Source: a virus. From it: a stretch of DNA of 64,000 bases. Below, piece by piece: positions 56,592 to 64,000 of this stretch. The DNA lies in IMG/VR virus record IMGVR_UViG_3300027608_000021, positions 1 through 64,000 of that record, one strand, 5' to 3'. A program made the translations under genes and the position numbers. Each line of letters opens with the position of its first letter. Positions within the stretch are counted from its first letter, which is position 1. Below the pieces are notes generated by a model, which did not search any database, was not told the origin of the DNA, and saw only the letters and a list, made by a program, of their open reading frames with translations.

Positions 56592-57202
56592 AAAACATCG
56601 GTATCGCTGGCAAGTTCGCTGTCGGCAAGACGAGTGTTGCGAACATTCTAGAAGCCAACCACGGGTATGTGAGGATGTCCATTGCGTCCTCGCTCAAGCA
56701 GTTTGTCAACGAAATGTACGCCCGAGATGTGTATGGCACGGACGAGGGCGCGACCCTGCAGAAGTCCGACTCCATTACGGTGAACACTCCAGACGGCAGA
56801 CGAATGGTGACGGTTCGCCAGTTGCTGCAGGACATTGGCAATCAAATGAAACTGATTGACCAAGACATTTGGCTGCGTGGTGTTCGGCATCAGGTACTCC
56901 TTTGGAATGAAATGGGGAAGTCGGTTGTCATTGACGATGTTCGTTTCCCGCGAGAAGCAGAGTACCTCAAGAACATTGGCTTCATAAATGTCCGACTCAC
57001 CGCGAGCGAGGATACTCGCCTTGAGAGGTACTTCAGGACATACGGCATCAACCCGAGCCGACAAGAGATCAACGACAAAAGCGAGACGCTCGTGGATTCT
57101 ATCATCCCTGACTATGACCTAGATGGTGAACGCTCCGCAGAGGAGTTGGCTGATGTTCTTGCAGCCATCGCTGTGGAGCATACATATGATCTACTGTACT
57201 AG
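56588..57202 (+). CDS. deoxynucleoside monophosphate kinase
   Basis: GK.AVGKT, RQLLQ.IG, IDDVRF..E, SE. Confidence 0.8.
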   Translation: MKNIGIAGKFAVGKTSVANILEANHGYVRMSIASSLKQFVNEMYARDVYGTDEGATLQKSDSITVNTPDGRRMVTVRQLLQDIGNQMKLIDQDIWLRGVRHQVLLWNEMGKSVVIDDVRFPREAEYLKNIGFINVRLTASEDTRLERYFRTYGINPSRQEINDKSETLVDSIIPDYDLDGERSAEELADVLAAIAVEHTYDLLY

Positions 57203-57314
57203 GTGCAGAAAGAAGTTTAATGGCATGGAAGCCGCAATGAGAAAGTTTGGAAAGAGCAAGAAGGTTCAATGCCCCTTCTGTTCGGAATGGATTGAGTATG
57301 CTAAAGCCGTTTGA
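57186..57314 (+). CDS. 42-aa Zn-finger protein
   Basis: CTRC...CPFC; homolog truncated at window start (1-~106). Confidence 0.6.
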   Translation: MIYCTRCRKKFNGMEAAMRKFGKSKKVQCPFCSEWIEYAKAV

Positions 57315-57681
57315 CGAGGGAGAAGTCATTCGCATTGAAAGCATTGTGTTCTCCTTAGATGGCGACATTGACTACATCAAGTTTCTGATCGCCGAACAAC
57401 CCTACATAAGAAGTGCGATGCTTGCAACTAGCCCACCTAGCGACCCAGAGGAATGGACTGGGCGTTATCCAACCACCATTGGGAACGCCCTTCATTGTGA
57501 CCTCGTTGAGTTGGAGGCTTGGCTTGAGACTCTCTCCCAGATTGACCGAGAGATTCTTACTGAATGGGCGAACCGCCAGAAGGCGAAGCCCTACTTTGCT
57601 GCTGCCAAGATCAGGCGCGTGAAGCACCTGATTGGTAAGTTCCCACAGGCGAGCCGTCGCCGAAGGAGCGGCAGTGCGTAA
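57298..57681 (+). CDS. hypothetical protein (copy 2 of 90-476)
   Basis: Near-identical protein. Confidence 0.8.
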   Translation: MLKPFDEGEVIRIESIVFSLDGDIDYIKFLIAEQPYIRSAMLATSPPSDPEEWTGRYPTTIGNALHCDLVELEAWLETLSQIDREILTEWANRQKAKPYFAAAKIRRVKHLIGKFPQASRRRRSGSA

Positions 57682-57877
57682 TAACTTTGCAGGAGACCAA
57701 GCACTCAAGTTTTTGTACGAGAAGTATTTGGAGGATCGTGAGAAGTCAGGCAAGAAAGTCAGTTTCCATAAATGGTTGAAGGCACGAGGCATCCTCTCTC
57801 CCGATGCGGAGCAGATGATTCGCCAGAACGAAGTGTCACTATCAGAAGAAGGATATGAAAATGAGGAGAAATCATAA
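57674..57877 (+). CDS. hypothetical protein (copy 2 of 466-669)
   Basis: Homologous protein. Confidence 0.75.
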   Translation: MRNNFAGDQALKFLYEKYLEDREKSGKKVSFHKWLKARGILSPDAEQMIRQNEVSLSEEGYENEEKS

Positions 57878-58971
57878 TGCCGAACAGTGGATTCTTTTGG
57901 ACTCAGGAGATGATAAAGAAACTTCTGACCGTTACCAAAGAGCAGTTCTTGGGTGACCATCCAGAAGTTACTAAGCACGCCTATCGTCAGCGATTGGCAG
58001 AGGAGTTGAAAACGATGAAAGACAAGGCGAAGGTAGCGGTCGTAGATGTGCCGCTTGTCCAAGTGCACCACGAGATTGCGCCTGTGACCCCAGTCAAGTA
58101 CTCGTACATTGACAAGATTGGTAAGCCGATTGAGAAGCGTGGCGAGATTGTGGTCGCGGCTGGTGACTTCCAGTTCCCCTTTGAGGATCCAGAAGTCTTT
58201 GCTGCGTTCTTGACTTTCATTGCTACCGAGAAGCCAGAACGCATCGTGCTGACTGGCGACATCCTTGACCTGACTAGCGTCTCCGCATTTGAGCGAGACC
58301 CTCGTCTTGGGCTTCCTGTTCAGGATGAGTTGAATCACGCGCATAAGCGACTAGCCGAGATCCGCGCAGCGGCTGGCAAGAAGGCTAAGATTCTGTTCAT
58401 CTACGGAAACCACGAAGCGCGCTTCTCCAAGTGGCTGTCCCGCAAGGCTCCCGATCTTGTTGGACTTCACGATGCGAATGGTGTTGAGATGCTTTCGCTC
58501 GCCAACCTCTTGAGGCTGGATGCTTTGGACATCACTCCTTGCATCTCCGATGGTGTTGCCTACAGTGGTCCTGAGCACCTGCGTTCGTACTATAAAATCA
58601 CCGAGGACTTGATTGCCACACACGGAACTTACTCGCGTACTGCTGGTGGTGCTGCGTCCATTATTCCGATTTGTGAGGCTGCGGGCGTTTCCGTTGTCGG
58701 CGGGCACGATCATTCGCAAGGGATGGCGTTCCGCACTGTCGGTGGTTTCGCCGAACTGGAGGAGAAGCGAATGGTCGCCATCTCCACTGGTATGATGTGC
58801 CGCCGTACCGAACTGGGATACCTCGCCCAGCACCAAGTCGCTCGCTGGGCTGCTGGCTTCGCGGTCATTGAACTGTGGGGCGACAAGGCTGGTGAGTGGC
58901 AGCCCGACTTCGCGTCTTGGACTGGCACTGCTCTGGTCTGGCGCGGCAAGCGATATGCGGGGAAGCCGTGA
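57877..58971 (+). CDS. metallophosphoesterase (copy 2)
   Basis: Same motifs as 669-1763. Confidence 0.9.
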   Translation: MPNSGFFWTQEMIKKLLTVTKEQFLGDHPEVTKHAYRQRLAEELKTMKDKAKVAVVDVPLVQVHHEIAPVTPVKYSYIDKIGKPIEKRGEIVVAAGDFQFPFEDPEVFAAFLTFIATEKPERIVLTGDILDLTSVSAFERDPRLGLPVQDELNHAHKRLAEIRAAAGKKAKILFIYGNHEARFSKWLSRKAPDLVGLHDANGVEMLSLANLLRLDALDITPCISDGVAYSGPEHLRSYYKITEDLIATHGTYSRTAGGAASIIPICEAAGVSVVGGHDHSQGMAFRTVGGFAELEEKRMVAISTGMMCRRTELGYLAQHQVARWAAGFAVIELWGDKAGEWQPDFASWTGTALVWRGKRYAGKP

Positions 58972-59531
58972 AGTCTCGCGGACGAGATAGCGGTATGTTG
59001 CGTGATCCATTCGGTAAGCCGCTTGTGAAAACCGAATCACAATCCACCCCCGAACAAAAGAAATCCAAGCGTGCGCTGCTTCGCCGATCCAAAGATGTGG
59101 AGCGGGAGTTTGCGCGCTGGCTTACTAGTGAGGACGGCTTTGATGAGAAGTACCGAAACCTCACTTCGTCCACTGGTCGTATCGGTCAGATCACTGGTAT
59201 TCAAGCAGACATCCTTTCTGTTCACTATTTGGGTGAAGCGAAGAATGAGAAATTTCCACTGAAGTGGCTACGATATTGGCACAAGATTGTCCAAAAATCT
59301 ACGGAGTGGAGGAAGGATCCAATCCTTCTGATCCTCCCTCCTAACCGAGCCGAAGTAGATCCGAAACTACCTGCGCTCCACATCATTACGCCTGAGCGTC
59401 ACGCAGAACTTCTCCGCAAAGAGAAGTACTACGACGAACACGATGGTGATGCGGAAGCAAAGTTCATCCAGCCAATCAACCCTAACCCAGTTACCAAGAT
59501 TGTAAAGGAGATAAAGAATGGCGGGAAGTAA
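58968..59531 (+). CDS. PD-(D/E)XK resolvase-like nuclease (copy 2)
   Basis: Homolog of 1760-2320. Confidence 0.6.
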   Translation: MKSRGRDSGMLRDPFGKPLVKTESQSTPEQKKSKRALLRRSKDVEREFARWLTSEDGFDEKYRNLTSSTGRIGQITGIQADILSVHYLGEAKNEKFPLKWLRYWHKIVQKSTEWRKDPILLILPPNRAEVDPKLPALHIITPERHAELLRKEKYYDEHDGDAEAKFIQPINPNPVTKIVKEIKNGGK

Positions 59532-59718
59532 GAAGCCAGCCAAGATCGCGGTCAAGGGAAACTCCGCGAGTAAGGCGTTCCCAATCAAACTCTGTGCAAA
59601 GTGCAACAAGACCATCACCGCTGCGAAGGATTATGTCCCGCTTCAAGAGATGTCGTGGGATAATAATCGCTTCTCGCGTAGGCAACTTGATTGTCACCGA
59701 GCGTGCATCAAGATCTAG
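59518..59718 (+). CDS. small Zn-finger protein (copy 2)
   Basis: Homolog of 2310-2507. Confidence 0.7.
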   Translation: MAGSKKPAKIAVKGNSASKAFPIKLCAKCNKTITAAKDYVPLQEMSWDNNRFSRRQLDCHRACIKI

Positions 59719-60206
59719 GCTCCTCGCCCATCAAGTTGTGGGTGAGACGGCGCACCGCCGTACTCGTGGCGACGCTTGTAGTTGTACTTGCGTTGGTAAA
59801 ACAAATGCTTGTTCACCATCTCAAGTGCGCGGCTCGCATCGCTGCGATCCCATCCCTCAACCATAATGCTGCCCTGCTCCGCTTGCGACGCTGGCAAGAC
59901 CAAGACACTCCCGACAAGGAATGACTTGACATCCAGTTCGTCAAGGAGTGCGGTGGCATTGCGGTTGAGTTGATTGATCGGCTCCCACAGAGCCTCAGGG
60001 TCGCCGTAAATAGTTACGAGCATCCCCTTGCTGGGGTCTACAATCTCTGGCAGCCAGATGTCGCGGAATAGAATCCCAGCATCAGGGGCGGTGATCAACT
60101 TCTTGATGGTACTGATCCACGCCTTATGACTGAGCGTCTGCTCGTCAGAGAACCGCACGATCTCTGGCTCGCTGGTTGCACCAATAAACAATCCGTACTT
60201 ACTCAT
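59715..60206 (-). CDS. hypothetical protein (copy 2)
   Basis: Homolog of 2504-2995. Confidence 0.75.
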   Translation of the reverse strand: MSKYGLFIGATSEPEIVRFSDEQTLSHKAWISTIKKLITAPDAGILFRDIWLPEIVDPSKGMLVTIYGDPEALWEPINQLNRNATALLDELDVKSFLVGSVLVLPASQAEQGSIMVEGWDRSDASRALEMVNKHLFYQRKYNYKRRHEYGGAPSHPQLDGRGA

Positions 60207-60220
60207 CTCTCCTCCTTCCA

Positions 60221-62404
60221 CTATCCGATCATCCCACGCTGGGTAAGTTTGCGCAAGAGGCTCGCCATCTTAGTAGGCAACTCCGATGGATCATTGCAGT
60301 CAATGAACTCCTGATACAGGCGACGATTGTCCTCGTCTGCACCATAGACTCCGATGCCTACACCGATCACGATGCCGCCCTCGCGCTTGATGTCATTGAC
60401 TAGATCCTTGACATTCTCTGCAACCGCTCCGTCCGTGAACTGGATGACCACTCGCCTCTTGGCATCCACGCCCTTGAGCCGCTCCCACGCCATAGCCAGA
60501 CCTTCTGCCGCTGGCGTACCGCCACCACCCCACATCCACATATTGGCGAGGGTTTCGTGCGTTAGCGGATCATTGAACCGCTTAGCGATACCTACGCGCC
60601 AGTCAGAGAATGTGTGTACCTCGTGAGGAATGTTAGAGCGCGACAGCGCGCTAGACATTAGAGCCGTGGACTGGATTGCATAGTAGAGCGGCGGGATAAT
60701 CCCACGGCGACCATACATTTCTTTGCGCGCTGCGTCCATATCAAGTGTGCTCTTGTGACCATTGTTGATCCAGTCCTGCGCGAGCCTGAACACTGATGCC
60801 TCGTGGCTAATAACTTGCTCAGCAAAATCCTTCAGCATATTGGTGTGAGCCGCGCCCTCCGTCATTGAGCCGCTGAGATCCACCGACAGAACAAACGCGC
60901 TGCCGCCGTTGCGACCAGTGTGAGGCTCGCGGAATATATCCAACTTACCCAGCGTACCCTGCGATGCGCGGCGTGTATCCAACTTACCGCTGCGTGCAAA
61001 CTGCCGACTCTTGCGACCAGCATTTGTCTGAGAGAATGTCCGCATCTGCATTGCCAGCGCATTTGCGTATCCACCAACCTGTGCCACCATATTCGCAGCA
61101 CCAGCCTTATCCTGCTTGACGATCTCCTCTGATGACTCGTAATACTCTGACCGCCCAACAGCGACAACATTCACATACTTGCCGTCATAACCGACCTTAC
61201 CGCTACCGATTGAAACCTTGACGCGACCGTGCTCATCCGTGCCGCTCTTGAGATCCCAGTCCAACTTGTTGATCGGGCTATTCGTAGCGAGCGGCGTAGC
61301 AGCGACATTGGTCTGCGGCGCGAAGTAAGTGGACTGCTCCACATTGTCGCTCCACAGCGTTGCCTCTGGCTTGAGTGCGTTCAACTTCTTGGCGAGTGAG
61401 CGAGCACGGCGGCGAATAGAATCGCTCGTCGCACCACCGATTACCTTGTCGTTCTTGCCGTCTCCGTTGATTTCGCCGTGTGATTGGTTGACTTGCGACT
61501 GAACTCCCATACGGCTCGCAGCCTCCTGCTCGTGCCGACGCTCATCCGCATCGTAGGTCGTGCTTTCGGTCTCGCTTACTTGACCTGTGCTTGGATTGCT
61601 GCCAAGCCCTCCCGCTCCTGCGGATGGTGTCTGCCCACTTTCGGGTCTAGGAGAGGCGTTCTGGCTGGGGGAGCCGTCAGACCCCACCCCCTGAGACTGC
61701 GCCCCGCTCCGTGGCTCCTGCCCCCCTGTACGAAGGTTAGGATTGCCCCACGGGGCGTTTCTGGCTTGCTCAACTGGGCTGATTTGTGGCTGTGCAGCAG
61801 CCTTTGCTTTCCGACCACGGCTGGCGATCTGATCTGCGACTTCATCAAAGAGAGGGAACACCCGCTCTACGATTGGCAGCAACTCCTCCGTTGTCTTTGC
61901 AGCACGAGCCGCATCACGCAGACCAGCGGCGCGAAACTTCTTGACAAACTCACGCGCTCGTGGCTTGAGATTCTGTTCATCATATTCATATCCTGCTACC
62001 TCTAGATACATTGACTTGATTGCCTGAATGATCCACGCTTCGCCCTTGATTTGTGGCATCGTCTGATCCACAAGGTTGCGCTGGAACTGCACGCGCAGAC
62101 CACGCTTCTTGTGGAACGAGCGTCGCTCCATACGCCCATCCTCAAGAGAGTTGAGCAGCATCATAGTACCCTCGTCCAAATAGCGAGCCGCTGTTGGCGA
62201 AGTGCTTGTGATGTGCAGAGCCTCGTGCGCTGCCAAGTCTTGCGCGAATGGCGACCCGACTGGCAGACTCACGACGCGCTGAGGAATGTGTGTGTTGGCT
62301 CCGTGCTCAATGTCACGGATCGCAACTGACTCGCCCTTGTTGCCAGCAAAAGCGTCAATGTACGCAGCCAACTGGGTGCGATTGAAGCGATACTTCTTAG
62401 GCAT
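60221..62404 (-). CDS. VWA-domain protein (copy 2)
   Basis: Homolog of 3272-5431; linker diverged. Confidence 0.85.
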   Translation of the reverse strand: MPKKYRFNRTQLAAYIDAFAGNKGESVAIRDIEHGANTHIPQRVVSLPVGSPFAQDLAAHEALHITSTSPTAARYLDEGTMMLLNSLEDGRMERRSFHKKRGLRVQFQRNLVDQTMPQIKGEAWIIQAIKSMYLEVAGYEYDEQNLKPRAREFVKKFRAAGLRDAARAAKTTEELLPIVERVFPLFDEVADQIASRGRKAKAAAQPQISPVEQARNAPWGNPNLRTGGQEPRSGAQSQGVGSDGSPSQNASPRPESGQTPSAGAGGLGSNPSTGQVSETESTTYDADERRHEQEAASRMGVQSQVNQSHGEINGDGKNDKVIGGATSDSIRRRARSLAKKLNALKPEATLWSDNVEQSTYFAPQTNVAATPLATNSPINKLDWDLKSGTDEHGRVKVSIGSGKVGYDGKYVNVVAVGRSEYYESSEEIVKQDKAGAANMVAQVGGYANALAMQMRTFSQTNAGRKSRQFARSGKLDTRRASQGTLGKLDIFREPHTGRNGGSAFVLSVDLSGSMTEGAAHTNMLKDFAEQVISHEASVFRLAQDWINNGHKSTLDMDAARKEMYGRRGIIPPLYYAIQSTALMSSALSRSNIPHEVHTFSDWRVGIAKRFNDPLTHETLANMWMWGGGGTPAAEGLAMAWERLKGVDAKRRVVIQFTDGAVAENVKDLVNDIKREGGIVIGVGIGVYGADEDNRRLYQEFIDCNDPSELPTKMASLLRKLTQRGMIG

Positions 62405-63389
62405 TAGCCACCTCCTCAACTACAGGCTGGTTCTCATCGTCACCAGCGAACGCATCCAAGAACAACTTGTGCACGACAGGACGATCCTCGCCGTTGATCT
62501 TATTGGTGAACGCAATCTCCACCGCAGCCATAATGCTGATCTCCGTTGAGAGCAGCGCAATGTCAATCGCACGGCGTGTACTTGCAGTCACGAACATTGA
62601 GAGCGGCTGTTGCGTAACCTTCTGGGTCTCTGTGCCATCCTCATTCTTGATGGTCTCCAGTACAGGCTCGCCAAGACCAGCCGCACGGCGCACGCTGTTG
62701 AATACCTCAACGATGCGAGTCGCACGAGAGTGCTTGATCTTTCCAGCCCGAGCGATGACCGCTGCTTCCTTCTCAGGATTCTCTAGCCCGAGATACGCAA
62801 CCTCTGCCACAATGAAGCGGTCAAGAGTTGCCTCGTTGAGAATGCGAGCACCAGCGTACTGACCGCTGTCTGCAGGGTTCGCTGTAGCCACCAACATAAA
62901 TGCTGGATGCGGCTCAATGAACTCTGCACCATCTGGCTTCTCATAGATATTGAGTCGGTACTCTGTTGCCAAGAAATCGTGCAGTCGCATTAGCGTCCGC
63001 TCGTCGGCAGCGTTGATCTCGTCCAACACGAGGATGCCACCCTGACGCAAAGCATTAGGCAGCGCGCCATCACGCCACTCCACAGCGATGCCGTTCTTAC
63101 CAGATACAGGGATCGGCATACCAATCAACTGATCCGTCGTCGTGCCTTCAGCCAGCGAGACAACATAGACAGGCAGCCCCAACTGATGCGCGAACCAACG
63201 CACAGCAGCGTTCTTGCCAGTACCAGTATGCCCACTCAGCAACACAGGTCGCTTGTGCTTGAACCCTAGAGCGAGAGCCGTAGCCTCCTCACCCTGAACC
63301 TCGTAATCCTCCGCAGCAGGGATCAAATGCTCCCCACCTGAAACCTTTGGCTTCTCCAACGAGATGCCCTGAATCTGAACTTCTGCCAT
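62397..63389 (-). CDS. MoxR-family AAA+ ATPase (copy 2)
   Basis: Homolog of 5424-6419. Confidence 0.9.
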   Translation of the reverse strand: MAEVQIQGISLEKPKVSGGEHLIPAAEDYEVQGEEATALALGFKHKRPVLLSGHTGTGKNAAVRWFAHQLGLPVYVVSLAEGTTTDQLIGMPIPVSGKNGIAVEWRDGALPNALRQGGILVLDEINAADERTLMRLHDFLATEYRLNIYEKPDGAEFIEPHPAFMLVATANPADSGQYAGARILNEATLDRFIVAEVAYLGLENPEKEAAVIARAGKIKHSRATRIVEVFNSVRRAAGLGEPVLETIKNEDGTETQKVTQQPLSMFVTASTRRAIDIALLSTEISIMAAVEIAFTNKINGEDRPVVHKLFLDAFAGDDENQPVVEEVANA

Positions 63390-63410
63390 ACTACCTCCTT
63401 CATTGCTACA

Positions 63411-63442
63411 CCTTCCTATCCTCTAGCCGAAACCATTTCATA
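63411..63442 (-). promoter_or_regulatory. variant box TGAAATGGTTTCGGCTAGAGGATAG
   Basis: Occupies position orthologous to box at 6468. Confidence 0.7.
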
Positions 63443-63459
63443 GATCTCCATCCTTACTT

Positions 63460-63770
63460 GTTGCTGGTTTGTGAGGGGTGCACTCTTACTACAAAGTCCT
63501 CACCGACCAATCTTGAGGCATATGAACCAAAGGTTCGCCTCAGCAGAAGTGTGTCCGTTAGTAGCGTCTGCCACCTCGCTATTGGTGCGACCCCTTTTAT
63601 TGGAGACCTTTCACCGAGAGCGGCGCATCTGGCTTATCTAGAATCCACCAGATACTATTGCTCAGGGTTACCACGAGTCCCAAAAGGATCGCACCCAGAC
63701 AGAGAACCTTACGATTCTCTGGCGAGTGGGGTGTTCTAAGTCCCACTCACCAGAGACCATATTGTCTCCT
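63460..63770 (-). ncRNA. candidate structured ncRNA (copy 2)
   Basis: Homolog of 6525-6837 with compensatory changes. Confidence 0.7.
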
Positions 63771-63796
63771 ACCCTCTAGCCGAAAGTGTTTCACAT
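63767..63796 (-). promoter_or_regulatory. variant box TGAAACACTTTCGGCTAGAGGGTAG
   Basis: Orthologous to box at 6837. Confidence 0.7.
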
Positions 63797-63827
63797 ATCC
63801 CTTTCGGTAAAGAGATTATAAATATTT

Positions 63828-64000
63828 CTAAATGTTTAGTCCGTATCTGCGAAGATCTCGCTTGAGATTCTGCACGGCTCGCCCATCGCTAGGCGTGAAC
63901 GACGAGAACACCTTCACGCCAGTCGGGGAGACCCACGACAGATGCGTGTTCTTTCTCTGCTCCACGCGCCAGCCCTGAGCCACCGCGATCTCAAACAAAT
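63828..64000 (-). CDS. HicA-like protein (copy 2, start outside window)
   Basis: Homolog of 6965-7162. Confidence 0.6.
   Translation of the reverse strand, partial: LFEIAVAQGWRVEQRKNTHLSWVSPTGVKVFSSFTPSDGRAVQNLKRDLRRYGLNI

Larger units (their letters stand above)
1..57208. mobile_element. Tailed dsDNA phage genome, one unit length (~57.2 kb), siphovirus-like
   Basis: Terminase-portal-protease-HK97 capsid-tail-tape measure synteny; gene order restarts at ~57209. Confidence 0.95.
57209..64000. repeat. Diverged second copy of positions ~1-7140 (related phage variant)
   Basis: Same ORFs in same order (e.g. 669-1763 vs 57877-58971; 5424-6419 vs 62397-63389), mostly synonymous differences. Confidence 0.95.

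Noticed and set aside
1-64000. Integrated prophage with host flanks
   Set aside because: No integrase, att site or bacterial housekeeping genes recognised

Overview
The window holds one essentially complete ~57.2-kb tailed (siphovirus-like) phage genome plus ~6.8 kb of a diverged second copy. Positions 1-~7140 recur at ~57210-64000 (offset ~57208) with many synonymous changes. Layout: (i) a leftward early region (2.5-18.5 kb) with a MoxR AAA+/VWA pair and ~30 small genes; (ii) a rightward virion and lysis module (19.0-49.3 kb) with terminase, HK97 portal/protease/capsid, glycosyltransferase, tail with a -1 frameshift chaperone, tape measure, fibres and two beta-propellers; (iii) replication/nucleotide genes (49.3-59.7 kb). 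I recognised no integrase, DNA polymerase, RT or tRNA. The most striking system is an array of ~43 telomere-like TGTTAGGGTTTAGGG boxes that divide the early region into gene cassettes. The array is headed by a divergent sigma-70-like gene and interleaved with LexA-type boxes. The sister copy carries a different box at the orthologous positions. One box precedes a ~310-nt non-coding RNA whose fold is supported by compensatory changes between the two copies. The early/replication half also appears to avoid TCGA and AGCT, while the virion half does not. All counts and identities are by eye.
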